Under the pieces are notes generated by a model, which was not told where the DNA came from, did no database searches, and saw only the letters and a program-made list of their open reading frames with translations. From positions 73,282 to 137,281 of the forward strand of contig CACMBV010000002.1 in NCBI GenBank assembly GCA_902612125.1: a stretch of 64,000 nucleotides of DNA, read 5' to 3'. Shown here piece after piece: positions 49,046 to 61,800 of this stretch. This stretch comes from an uncultured Verrucomicrobiota bacterium (GTDB taxonomy: Bacteria > Verrucomicrobiota > Verrucomicrobiia > Opitutales > Seribacteraceae). Numbering within the stretch: the first letter of the stretch is position 1; every line of letters begins with the position of its first letter. The translations under genes and the position numbers were made by a program.

Positions 49046-52000
49046 TTTTTAGTAAAGTATTCATATACACGGGTAGATGAGCTGAGGTTTTCGAATTTTC
49101 CCCAGCCAAAAATATTATCTGTAACATTATATAGATAAAAGTAAGGGAAAATTCCTTGGCTATTAGAAGACCACCACCAAGAACTATAATAAGGATCCCA
49201 AACCCAGAAACCTTTCTCATTTTCAGATGAATGAATGTAAAGCCAGCCCAGATTCAAGTGATATAGCCAACCTCCTTCCCCGGGATAAAAATTTCCAAAC
49301 CAGGATGACTCATACCAGGATGTGCCTTGATTTTTCTTGCCATCTAACAATTTAACATTGGTGGAAAAAGTATCCGTAAGAAGACTTGGGTCTTCATAAA
49401 TAGGTGCTGCGTCACTACCCTGTGCAGATGAAGAGCTGCCAGCATGTGCAAGCTGTAATTTTACAACCATCTCACCATGCAAACCAAGGTTATCACCCTT
49501 ATCATCCAGTTTTATTTTTAAATCTACCAGTTGCCCGGCAAGTTGTTTAATATCATCCATATCCACAAATTTTAGCTGATAGGAAGAATCTATGGAAAAT
49601 GGCATAATTGTATCACCGTCTTTATCTTGATTTCCTTCCACTATGGTTGCAGTTACTGGATCACCGTCGCCGTCAGAAACCGTTAATTTCGCGATTACAT
49701 CACCGGATTTAAATTCGGTATACACGACACTCGCGTTTAAAGATGTGCCTTCTGGAGCAAATTGATTCACGCCAACTTGTCGTTCAGCCACAGTTAGTAA
49801 TAATGACTCAGATATAAGGTTATTAATTTCATTAAAACTTTCTTTACCGCTTACCACTTTTTCCATACCCACGATGACTTCTTCCTCTATGGCAATTTGT
49901 CTTTGAGAGAGGGTTTTCAGCATTTGTTGGGAATTTAAACTCAACAAACTATCATCCTTAAGAATTTTATTTGAAGTAGTAAGTATTTCAGAAAAATCAT
50001 CGATTTGGTTAGATTGGATAACCACATTGGGATCCACACTTGCAATCGAGTCGAGAGTGAGTTTCTTAAGAAATTCCTTATTCTCAAAATCTGCAAGCGA
50101 AGTGTTACCTTGAGAAAATAGTATGCCAATAGTACGAGCTACTGATAAAGAAATATTATCTCCTGAAAAATCTGTACTTAGAGTTTCTGAGAGTTGCTTG
50201 GTTTGCTTAAGAATATTGGCCACAACAGCATTACTCTGAAGAACTGAAATAGCTTGCATGTCTCCTTTGCCTGCATTTTCAATCGGGTCATAAGTAGTTA
50301 CATCTATGCCTGTAGGTAAACCTAAAGAAGAATTCAATAATGACTTGGCTGTTTCCTTGGAAGAACCCTGTTCCATCATTTCTGCAATCACACTAGTTAA
50401 TGGTGTGACAACCGTTGCACCAGCATCTGCTTTAAGGGTTGCATTGAAGGGACGGTTTGTCACTGAATCTATTCCTCCTGTAACTTCGATCATACCTTCT
50501 TGAGAATCGAGAAGTCCATTTTGATTTAGGTCAATCTGCTCAAATTCACTCGCAAGAAAAGGTATACTAAAACCCCCAACAGCATCCGTAATTCCATAAA
50601 AAGGACTATCTGACAACAAAGGTGAAGTGGGTTTAAAAATGACGGATGCTCCATTGAGATATCCATCTATTGCCACCCCAGACAAAGAGATTAAGGGATA
50701 TTGAAACGATATTTTTATCTGATCAGTAGAAATATTTCCTGATGAATCGGATACCTCTACATTCAATGTCTGGTTACCTTCTTGACTTTCATCTATCAGA
50801 TTCAGGTTTTTGAACACAATCGAGGAAGTCAGGTTTCCATCAACATTATCAGTTGCCAAAATAAAACCGGAGGGAACCACAAAGGGGGTGCCCACAATCC
50901 AGTTAATCAGTTTTGTACCGGATGTGAATTCATATGTTGGAGGACTTTGGTCCTCAACGCTAACATTTAAATCAGCCGATACAGATTTACCAAAATCATC
51001 AGTTACACTAAGATAAAGTTTGTATTCTCCAATTTTCAGGTGGTCGACATTTCCTAAAATTTGCACCCGGTCCGTTAGGCTTTGTGAAGGAAGATCGAAA
51101 GCACTAAACGCACCATTAGTCACTAAGGTATCATTATCCCAGGAAGTACCAAGCGGCCAGCGGTAAGGGTTAAAATTGATGGTAATAACCGGATCATTCT
51201 TATCGGTAATGGATATTGTTCTGCTTAAAGGCAGCGAGTCTGTGCCTGATAAATCCTGTGCTGTAAAGATTAAATCATAGTTACCAAAAGATGCGGTCGT
51301 AGAAACGGTTGCTATTTTATTGGATGTATTGATATTTAATACATTAACTGCACTGCCGCTGATTGAAATACTTTTAGGAGTTGGAGTTGTGTTTAGTAAA
51401 AGAGGAGAACTCCAATTATCATCAGGAAAATCAAACGCATTTACAGCAATGGTAAAGGTTTCGCCCCTTTCCACCTCAATTAATTCGCCATACCCGTCAA
51501 AAAAATCTAAGGTGGGGGGAATATCCTTTAGGATAAGATGGGCATCGGTTGTATTTTGATGTAAAATTCCCTCCCATTCAGCATAAATTTCTCCAGCGTC
51601 AAACTTTCCATTGCCGTCCTTGTCCATAAATCCACTTACACGATAATACAACCCTGTTAGTAAATCTGGAAAGCGGTATGTTTGGGGAAAAGTAGCTACT
51701 TTTTGGATGTATGGTTCGTTGTTACTGTAGAAATTTTTGGGTAACCCGTTAGCATCCAATGATCCCTGCTCTACCCGAAGATAAAAAATGCCCGGATAAT
51801 TAGCTTGGCTATAAATTACGCCTGATATTGAGGCCAATGAATTAGCTATCTTGGGATCAAGTAACGGGTTGTTGGACTCATTATAATCACTAAAGCCATC
51901 ACCATCCGTATCAACGAGTAGCGGGTTGGTTCCTTGAATAGTTTCATTTCCATCCAACAACCCATCTCCATCAGTGTCCTTCGTTAAAGGGTTTGTTTTT

Positions 52001-52803
52001 TTGAGAGTTTCGTTATTGTCGGGTAATCCGTCTTGATCGGTATCGCTGCTGTATGGACTTGTCCCATATATGAATTCATCCTGATTATTTAATCCATCCC
52101 CGTCGGGGTCCTCTGCCCACCATGCATCCGTTTGTGGAAAAAAGCTATCACTATAATAATCCAACCATTTCTCTTTGTCAGAAAGTTGATTGTATAGTGA
52201 TGGCATCAATCTTACCCTATCCATGATTATTTGTCCTCCCGGAGTGGTATAATTAGCCTCCAGATAAAAATATCCTCCCATAATGGATCTCAATACAGCA
52301 CCTTTTCCTGATGGATCATCGATTTTAACTTCTTCTTCGCCACGAAATCCAAAACCATAATTTTCGATTGAAAAGCCTGTGATATTGCCATCATTGTTAA
52401 CCGTGATCGCTCCCAGAAAATCCTGTTGACTTCCCTTTATTTCAATACTTGATCCGTTGGAATAGCCACCTCCTTGGTCAATAATTTCCAAATTGATAAT
52501 TCTGCTGTTTCGCATCGTAGAATGTAATGACAACTCAACGGAACCACCACTCGTTCGATTAAGTTCAGCGATCCTGCTGGAGTTCGTTTCCAAAGAGTTA
52601 TTAAATTCGAGGATAATTGACCATTGAACGCTGGAAAGGTTTGCTTTATCGACAATTCCATTCGCATCAAATACTCTTGCATCAAATACCTGGCTACTGT
52701 TCCCATCGTTAAGATTTAGGGCAGATGATAGAGGAATTTCGATAAAGTTTGTCCCATTTCCATCGCCAGGGGTGATTTCTATTCTATCAGATCCCCCTTG
52801 CAA
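49030..52803 (-). CDS. C-terminal part of the frameshifted giant exoprotein (TSP3-like Ca repeats, Ig-like repeats, Trp-rich C-terminal domain)
   Basis: No signal peptide, TTG start only; becomes continuous with the upstream ORF if one G is removed from the G9 tract at 52816-52824. Confidence 0.8.
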   Translation of the reverse strand: MQGGSDRIEITPGDGNGTNFIEIPLSSALNLNDGNSSQVFDARVFDANGIVDKANLSSVQWSIILEFNNSLETNSSRIAELNRTSGGSVELSLHSTMRNSRIINLEIIDQGGGYSNGSSIEIKGSQQDFLGAITVNNDGNITGFSIENYGFGFRGEEEVKIDDPSGKGAVLRSIMGGYFYLEANYTTPGGQIIMDRVRLMPSLYNQLSDKEKWLDYYSDSFFPQTDAWWAEDPDGDGLNNQDEFIYGTSPYSSDTDQDGLPDNNETLKKTNPLTKDTDGDGLLDGNETIQGTNPLLVDTDGDGFSDYNESNNPLLDPKIANSLASISGVIYSQANYPGIFYLRVEQGSLDANGLPKNFYSNNEPYIQKVATFPQTYRFPDLLTGLYYRVSGFMDKDGNGKFDAGEIYAEWEGILHQNTTDAHLILKDIPPTLDFFDGYGELIEVERGETFTIAVNAFDFPDDNWSSPLLLNTTPTPKSISISGSAVNVLNINTSNKIATVSTTASFGNYDLIFTAQDLSGTDSLPLSRTISITDKNDPVITINFNPYRWPLGTSWDNDTLVTNGAFSAFDLPSQSLTDRVQILGNVDHLKIGEYKLYLSVTDDFGKSVSADLNVSVEDQSPPTYEFTSGTKLINWIVGTPFVVPSGFILATDNVDGNLTSSIVFKNLNLIDESQEGNQTLNVEVSDSSGNISTDQIKISFQYPLISLSGVAIDGYLNGASVIFKPTSPLLSDSPFYGITDAVGGFSIPFLASEFEQIDLNQNGLLDSQEGMIEVTGGIDSVTNRPFNATLKADAGATVVTPLTSVIAEMMEQGSSKETAKSLLNSSLGLPTGIDVTTYDPIENAGKGDMQAISVLQSNAVVANILKQTKQLSETLSTDFSGDNISLSVARTIGILFSQGNTSLADFENKEFLKKLTLDSIASVDPNVVIQSNQIDDFSEILTTSNKILKDDSLLSLNSQQMLKTLSQRQIAIEEEVIVGMEKVVSGKESFNEINNLISESLLLTVAERQVGVNQFAPEGTSLNASVVYTEFKSGDVIAKLTVSDGDGDPVTATIVEGNQDKDGDTIMPFSIDSSYQLKFVDMDDIKQLAGQLVDLKIKLDDKGDNLGLHGEMVVKLQLAHAGSSSSAQGSDAAPIYEDPSLLTDTFSTNVKLLDGKKNQGTSWYESSWFGNFYPGEGGWLYHLNLGWLYIHSSENEKGFWVWDPYYSSWWWSSNSQGIFPYFYLYNVTDNIFGWGKFENLSSSTRVYEYFTKKWKIR
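51880..52110 (-). repeat. Tandem DxDxDGLxDxxE...GTxP calcium-binding (bacterial TSP3-like) repeats
   Basis: DPDGDGLNNQDE, DTDQDGLPDNNE, DTDGDGLLDGNE, DTDGDGFSDYNE at about 22-23 aa spacing. Confidence 0.8.
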
Positions 52804-55800
52804 TGCATTTAGACTCCCCCCCCCACGCTGAGCTTGAGCTCAGGGATAACGGATAGTCTTCCACAAAATCAACCCCTGTTATGGAGGATGAATAAAAAAC
52901 CGTAAAACGATCCCCGGGGTTAAAAATTGAAGAATTTGCGTCATCAATAACTGTTAAATTCAAACTCCCATCTATATTTGCAAAGGCATCAACATTGGGC
53001 ACGCCACTCCCGGTATTTGCATTATCCGGCAAGATAATAAGTTCAGGTATTTCATTTGGATTAAAACCTGCCCCAATAGATTCCAGCTTTTTCTTTCCAT
53101 ATTCATCTCTTTGCAAAGAGTCCATTAAGGCTAAAGGTATCGAAAGCTTGCGTGACTCAATTGACCATTGCAATTTACAGACCCCTAAACCTAAATTATC
53201 AGCCTCAAGATGAAGCTTGGGCAATCCGGGAACATAGAGAACCTGGGATACAAGTTTAGGATTGGAAACGGGACGAAATGTAGACTCCTGAAAAAATTTA
53301 TCTTCGAGGAATACGCCTACATTGTACAATCCGGGTTCTAAGTTAGGCATCATATAATATCCATTCTGGTCTGTGTAAACAGATGCATTTCTTTCCAGCG
53401 GTTCATTTCTTCCCCAGGTAAAACCGGGAACGGGGTCTGAGACCTTAATTTTTCCTCCCATAGCTGGAAGGTATGTATCACCTCGTCCAAAACCATAATA
53501 AAATTCATTTGGCATTCGATCATCAATGTACAAATCAAAGTAATTTCCTTCGGTGGAAATTTTGTAATTTGAATTACCATTGCCGTAAATAAAGTTACTT
53601 GCATTTTGTTCGATCATTGGAATGGTAAGTCCATATTGGTCTATGATGTTGAACTTTGGTGTTTCAGTATAAAGGCTTCGGGTGCGATGAGTGTTGTTAT
53701 TTTCGCTTGGTTGATCAAGATATGTTGCATTACCATCAATCCTTACACGGGTAAGACGAAAGGTACTTGAAACCCCTATTTGGGCTGGCTCAAAACCACT
53801 GATAGCCGATCCGTTATAATCGATTATCACTTGAAAATCTGTCCTGCTCTCGTTGAACTCACCAAAGTCAGATACTTCAATATATTCTACTCGATCACCA
53901 TATTGTCCAGAGTTGATAGTCGCATCACCGTATTGCCAATCATATCCAGCACCATCCTGAGCTTCATCTCCGTATATTCCATCCCTTAAATAATCATAAC
54001 TACCTGTGATCACGAAGGCTCTTTCGGCTGCACCAAATCTAGGTAATGTTGTTTGATCCCAGGACCAGGGTCTTTCAACAAAGCCCATTCCTGCTCCCTT
54101 GGGATTGGTTATTTGATCTCTGGAAAGATTTTTGAGCATTGGATCATCAAAAATGATTCTGGTATTAAGTCCAAATTCATCGATTACAAGGATTGGCTCC
54201 ACACCCGCTCCGCTCCCAGCCACGGCCAACTCACCCGCTAGATACATTTCTCCTCCTCCATTTAACACCCTAATTTCCTCGATTTCACCCCGGTCCGTTG
54301 TAACTGAAAGCTCTGCATCCCAGCTTTGCCAATTTGCGGTAGGAGCCCTGTAAAGATCGTTCGTAAGGACAAAATTGGCTTTCCCGCCCCCACAGACAGT
54401 GGTTTTGAATGCCACATTATAATGAGTTGTTCCGGCACAGTCTGGATGTAAGTTTCGGGTTCTGAGTTGTGCATTGGAGTGTCCATTTTGCCAAGCAGTA
54501 AGGTCGCCCGTAAAGTCTTCCTCACCGGGGCATCTTTCTGGAGGGTATTCCCCGATTTGGGTATGATTACATTCCACAAATAGACCTTCACGATTTTCCC
54601 GCAAATTGGTGCACCGCCAGGTACGCATATCGTAATAATCGGTGTTGTTTTGTGTGGTATTATAATACCATGATCCTTTGGGAGAAGCACCATGTATTCT
54701 GGCTACAGGATCAATGTAACCATTACCGGGGTCTACGACTACCACCTTTTCTATCTTTCCGTCCTTAATCTTAGGAACGGCAAATGCCCTTTCGGTAATA
54801 TTACTTTCCGTTCTGCCTCGATCCCATATTTCCACCCAGGGATGAACATGATCATGGATCAGTAAAGTGGAAGTGGAAGGCAAGGTTCCAAATTGAATAC
54901 CCTGCTCACAATCCAAGCAAGTTCCGATTGAAGCCAGGGAGCCGCCCAGTTTTACCTCCAGGCTGGCATTTCGTTCAGCAGAGGAAAGAGGTGTGCTCGT
55001 AGTAAGTAGCTTGGCTTCCGGGGTATTCCCCGCCTCTACATTCCGATAACCCCGGCCTCCGGAATTTACGGTTACATGACGGATCGAGTGCAGGGAGTCA
55101 TGAGATGTTCCATTCATACCATCCAATATGCTCCTTCTATCACCCTGTATCAGCACGGCACTTCCTCCTAAAGGATCGAATAAGCTAGCATTGGCTGGGT
55201 CATTAAGTACAATAATTAGCTCGTCTACGGTAGTGCCAGGTTGAAATTTAATCGTTACATTTCCCTCATGGGTGGCATTTGTTTCGGTGAGGACTAACTG
55301 ACATTGCAAAGGAGCAATGGTATCATTCTGCTCGAAAACAACCCTAGAAGTGCTGACGCTCCGGGCGGGCAGGTTAGCAGCAGTCGGGGATCTTAATAAA
55401 TTGGAGTTTAATAAGCCAATATTTAAAACAGCGTTGCCGATCGTGAGAATAAATCTTTCCCCCAGCGTCGCATTTGCTTCAGCTCCATTTCCGCCTCCAC
55501 CTGTGATAATAATTTGAGGACTTGCGTAGTATCCGTAACCACCGTCAGTGACTATTATGGAATTATTACCCTCGGCTATACTACCGTTTGAATCCGTCAC
55601 ACCTGGAGCAAGTTCAAATGTGGCTGGCTGATAATTTTTTACCAGGTTATTCGCGAGTGCCCATGCAGTTGTAGCGGTAAAAGTAGGTGTTCCACCCAGA
55701 GAAAAAATCTCAAGGGGCATCAAATAACCAAATCCACTGTCATTGACCACCACTTCAGATATTGTTCTGTTAAAATCTATTTGATTATCATTCACCTTGG

Positions 55801-58800
55801 GTTGCTCTTGTTCTGGTGTAAAGTCGGTAAAGGATTGGGTTGCTGAAAATGGGTTATAATCCGAACCCGTTTGTGAAATGGCGGTCAAGATACCAATGTT
55901 TTCCATAATTCCATCTGCATCCGCATCCCAGCTTTGTAAATCGAAGAAATCAAACCCTCCTTCTTCAGATGCATGACTTATAATCAGAATCTGGTCATCA
56001 ACCACTTCTACCACCTCATAACCGCTGATCAAATCTCCTCGTCTTACTTCCTGAGTGAACTTCGTTGATTGATTTCCGATAATCGTATCGTAGATAGTCA
56101 CTTGGTCCGTGGTAGCACTTTCATTCACCCTCCATGGATAGATCAGAATATCTTCGCCGATCCAATCAGGATCTGTTGAAATTGGCGGGTCGAAAGTGTA
56201 GACAATTTGTCCGTTTACTGTTCTTGTATCTCTTACAGGTATAAGCCGGGAACCAACCAATCTTCCGCGTGGCTGAAAACGGGTATTTGTATAACTATAG
56301 TTTCCAACATTTGTAAGATTGGTGGTTAATTGAAAGTTGAAAGTACCAGAATTATTTACATCTGCCTGATTTTCATATTCTTCCTCCTTATTTAAAATAA
56401 TCGATAGATATTGGGGCTTCCCAAAAGTATCCGTGTATGTCTTGTTATAGGTTTGTTGAGGCTGAAAGCCTTTTCCACTGATTCTTACGGAGGCTTGACC
56501 AAATCCAGTTTGTGTCAGACCCTGTCCATGATTTGTAATTTTTGCGGTGTCGTCGCTGTTTTCATCGATAAAAAACAGAGAATATGCGGTCGCATTCTCA
56601 TCAGTGGGAGAACCTCCCACTTTGAGGGCAGGTGGAGTTGCGTAACCAAACAACCCTAGAGAAGGCACTACATTCGTTCCATTATGTTCAACATATTCGA
56701 GAAATTTGCGGGTGACATTGCGATCATCTGGTAGCTTGATTTGGGTAAAGGTATCCATTTGTTTGGTCCATATAATCTTTTCAACCTGGGTCGCATTCAT
56801 TTCAGGCGTGCCTACTGCTCTTTGGTAAAGACGCCAGGCACTGTTGTTTTGGTCACTTCTCCATGTGGTGTCCGAGTCGGGACGCGAGAAATGAAAACTG
56901 TAAACCGACGAGTTTTCTTGGACATAACGCAACTGTCCATGCGAAGATTGACCAAGGGAATCATTAAGGTACGCTCGGGTAGCAACTGACTTACCGGTAT
57001 AAATCAAGTCCTGGGTAAGGTTACCATCCAATCCATAGGAAAATTCCGCCGTTGGTTGCTCCTTATATCCATTACCGCTCGAAGAAAGCTTTACGGTCCC
57101 AACCGCATCCACCACTGCTTCCAGCCTGGGAACCAGTTCTCGTCCCTGGTTCAAATTGTATAGAAAGGAGACATCATCCTGCGAAAAATTACTCTCGGCA
57201 TAGAAGTGAATATCATCGAGATTTCCGTTCAAGAAAGAGGTCGTATTGCTGTCAAGGTGCTTTCCAAATGCAAGATGATCCATACCCTGTACATCGGCCA
57301 GGAAACCGGGCTGTGCTCCACTGCCACCGGCATATCCCTGGGTTGTTTTAGCCTGCCCATCAATCCAAATATTTTGAGATGTTGCACTAGTTGCGAGAAA
57401 TACATGATGCCATGCATTGTCATTAATGGTGCCCTGCGCATAGTATCTGGTGACTTCGGATCCATCATTGAACAGGACCGTTTCCAAATTCCCATTCGCA
57501 TTTACAAAAATCTGAAAATAAGTGTCATTGTCATCACTCTTGGAACCACTTAATATAACTGCGTCTGTGCTTGAGGTTTTTATCCAAAACCCCAGGGCTC
57601 CCGCTGAAAGTGCAGAAAACTCCGATGAAAGATGACTCAGGTCAAGATAATCATCTCCGTCTAATTTTGCCGAACGCCCATGGTCCTCATTATTAAAACT
57701 GTCTCCCAGTCTACCAACCCTGCCATTTTGCACCCTGTTGGGCACGGGTACACTTGAATCACTCCCGTTCATTGCGGGGGTGGACATGTTGAAATCATTA
57801 CCTATTGGAGCGATGTGTCGCTTATTGCCTGAAAGATCAAGATATTGCCGTCCAGCCAAGACTTTGACTTCCGTTGATGTAAGAGCCGTATTGTAAATAT
57901 ACACCTCATCAATCAGACCGTTGAAAGCATTAATTGTGAGATCTGTATTTTTCGTAATTGGACTTTGGGCGGCACCTGTACTAAAACCGTCCACATAAAG
58001 TGTATAATTATTATCGCCAACTGCCACAACTGCAAGGTGTCCCCACTGGTGCAGAGTTGTCGTTCGAGCTTTTTCGTCATCTTTGAGAAAGTATTTACGT
58101 GCCATGCCTGTGCTTTGAGTGGAGGTTACGGGACTGGAAGCGAAAGATAGGCTTATTGGAGCTTCAGGGTCGGGTAATATCCATGCTGCAAAAGTGAAAG
58201 GGTAAGCGGATGGAATTACTCCTGCAGCAGATGTCGCGTTATTGTCAGTAGCGTGAAGTCGTAAGGCCCTTCCCTTTATCCCCCATGTCGAGCGATTAAG
58301 GTCTGATAAGTCTGCATTTGCATTCCATGTGGTTAAACTAAAGGGAGTGCCATTACCACTAGTCGGCTGGTCTGCAAGCACAGTCCCATTTTCTTCATCG
58401 AAACTCCAATAGTGAATTATATTATTGGGTAGCAATGGTTTATTCCAGGCAGGAGATGGAGAATATCTGGCATAGGTGGGATCATCATACAGGGTTTCAT
58501 GCCGGTCAAAAGTCCACATAGCAAAAGGAACAAACGGATAATGAAGAACCGCCATTGTGGCATTGGGCTCAAAACCGATCCCCTGATTGGAAATATCTAT
58601 TGAACGATAATAACGGTTAGGGTTGCTTGTGCTGCTAGAACTAACGGTGGCATTTGCTTCCGAGCCACTCCCCCAAATGACCAGGTTTGGTATTGGGTCA
58701 TTCTGTGCAAAGACTTGCCAACGATTACCCAGGAAACCATTGTCGGCATTGGAGGGGGAAATCGTACCCACTCCATCCACATAGGCTACCGCAGTGGCAT

Positions 58801-61800
58801 TAGCGTTGGTGTAATCCTCCCACAGGCTTTCCCGCATTATTTTTACACTTGGCGGATTATTTCGGTCATGGCCCTGCCCTCCATAGACAATGTAGTTTCC
58901 GAATTCATCGGCCTCAACCGGACGGATACGCACGCCGGTAATGTTTGTGTCTGCAAGCAAAGATTTGGCGAATGGTCTCGTAATCTGGAATTCCTGATTT
59001 TGTTGACCGAGAACATATCCTGAAGTTTCGAGGTCTTGTAGTTCTTTAATGGTGGAGGTTTCCTTGCTAAAATAGGAGGAATGTAAACCGGTTTCCGTAG
59101 AATTAACCTCCGGGTTGGTTGTATATCCGTCACCCTGATTATCCACCATTGGCTTAATTTTCATTCTTATTTCCACACGGGGAGCTTCCGACTCCGGTTG
59201 ATCAAAAAAGGTAAGACCAAATTTTTTGGCAGACTCGTCAAAATAAAATCGATGGATTTGACCGCGAGAAAAGTTAAGCTGGGGTGCTGTCTGCCCATCA
59301 ATATTGAAAACCGATGGAGAATTAGATCCATTAGGCAAAAACCAGTCCCGTTCACTCCCTTCCATGGAAACCGTATGTTCAATTATGTCTGCCTTCGAAA
59401 ATGCGACTCGTGCTCCCTGTATGCTTCCATGATTTGAAAAAACCGTTCCAGATATAGAGGATGTTTCACTTTGTTGGTAGTCGCCCACATTAAAGACTAC
59501 ATTTTTGGAGGCTATTCCGCCCTTTAAATCCGAAACGACCACACGAATGACATGCTTTCCCGGGGTTTCAAATACCTTGGTGATAGACTGCCTGTTAAGG
59601 AATTGATTTTGGTTAGTCCCCTCATACTTACCTGTCGGATATTCAATTACGAATGTAAACCTTTCTGTGAGCTTCAGGTCATTCCATTCCCCTGCATATC
59701 CGAATGGCCACGGCTGGAGTGCCACTGCCAGTCCGTCCTGATCATTTATTCCATCATTAAAATTATCAGGCTCCACAAATCCATTCTTACTGCCCCAATT
59801 GGAAAAAGTGAAAGGTTCCCCGCTCTCCCATTTCCAAACGCCCTCGTTGGCATAGTCACTCCCCCCAATCCAAAAATAAGTGGTACCGTCAACATAATCA
59901 TCTCCCCCATCATTCCCATTACCATGATATACTTTACCCAGGCTGTCCGGAATTATTCTCATATTGATATTCTTGGTTACCACCGCAAAAACTTCGTTGA
60001 GTTCATCGAGGGTGGAGATGCTTGCCAGGTAACCACCTTTTGCTTGGGCAAAAACCTTTGCCTCGTGATAAGACATTCGCTGGTTTACCCATTCATACCG
60101 AATGCCGTTTCCATTTTCTGCATCTACCAACATTTTTTCGTTGGCAAACCATCCGTAGGAATAATTTTTATCTTGCGAATGAGAAAAGGTAACTGACATT
60201 GAGACTTCCTGTCCAACTTCAGGATTACGCGAGGATGCATAGACGCTAAAATCCTGAACTGTTGCACTGCTTGAATTTCCCATATTTACAACCACATCCA
60301 AATACTCCATCGGTGGGATTCCCCCCTTGGCGATGGGAGTGATATGAACATCACTGTCATAGTCTGAATAAGTATGCCCCAGCATCAGAAACAAGTCTGT
60401 GAAGTCTTCGGGCGTGTTCGGTGTCATATCAAGTAATCCGTGCTGGATGGTGGAAGAAAGCGGATATCCCAGGCCATTAGCTGTATAAGCGTCTGACCGG
60501 TAACCATTTATTACGCTTAATCCATATTCGCTTGCCGATCTTCGGTATGATAGCCAGTACGATTGAAACGGTATCGTTGAAGGATTACTAAAGTTTTGGT
60601 CTTTGTATTCTAATAAGCTAGGCGAATATGCAGATGCATTCACCTCTAATCCCCGCAAGCCTCGATGAGCTCCTTCTGCTTGGTTGTAAAGTTGTGCTTG
60701 CCGAAAATTGTCAGTGCCCGTCCCATTACCTACAAGAATTGAGGAAGGATCAATTTCCAAAATTACATTTCCGGTGGTATCGACAACTGAAATCGTTGGC
60801 TGACTGGAATAACCCATACCTGATTCTACGATCGTAATGGTGGGTGTTGGATAAGACATATCCAGGGTGGCTTCCCCTCCCTCACCTGGACCGCCTACAA
60901 GTAAATCTGTGGAATAACTCTGCTGGCGAAGCCAGTCTGCTAAATCGTTGTTGATATTTAAAATATATTCTCCCTGCAAAAGTGGATAAGGTCCATTTCC
61001 GTAATCATGTCTGTAGATTCGGAAGGTGTTTTGCGGAAGGCTTGTAAGGTTGAGATCCAGATCCGTATTTTGTAAAGCCGAAGTCGAATCAATTTTCCCT
61101 ATATCCACTCCCTTTTTATTACCAATGGTAAGTCCAAATCCATTACGTTTCTTCATCATTACTTTTGCGGGAATAGTTAAATCACCTGCATTGATAGATG
61201 CTTGATTTCCCATGATGGAATAAGGGTTAGCATATGTTTGCAGTGTTCCGTCATCACTATTGGGTCTCTCACTTCTTGATAGATAAAGATTGGCATGACT
61301 AAGGCCAAAATTGTGACCGAGTTCATGGGCAATCGTTGATGCAAACATCGGATTTCCTGGATTTCCCAACCCGCCATACTGAGGATCGAAAACTCTACCA
61401 TCTGGATGCCATTTCGCTGGGTACCACGGGCTGGGTTGAGGAGAGACAACATGGGCTCCGGAGTCACCAATTTTGGCTACTCCCCATACTTGGTCTGGTG
61501 CATAAGTTGTAACCACGACCCAGCTTACGCAGATTTCATCCACGATAACATTAAAATGAGAATTAAAAGAGTTATTTCCGTCGAGAAGTACCGTGATTGA
61601 GCTATTATCTTCGTAATAAAAAGAGCCTGAATCCAGAATACGGATATCTGTTATCTGCCCTTTTGCATTAACCACTGCTTCTGCCTTAGCAGGAACGAAA
61701 TCCGCATCTGGGTTCGTCTGATTATTACCTCCAATAATGAGCACTTCCGGAGGATGAGAAAAGTTACCGTCTACAACTCCACTTATATTTATATCTGCAA

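Noticed and set aside
49030-52803. Independent 1,257-aa gene
   Set aside because: No signal peptide or convincing start; it joins the upstream ORF with a one-base correction.
54895-54925. c-type heme motif in the giant protein
   Set aside because: The sequence is CLDCE, not CxxCH.
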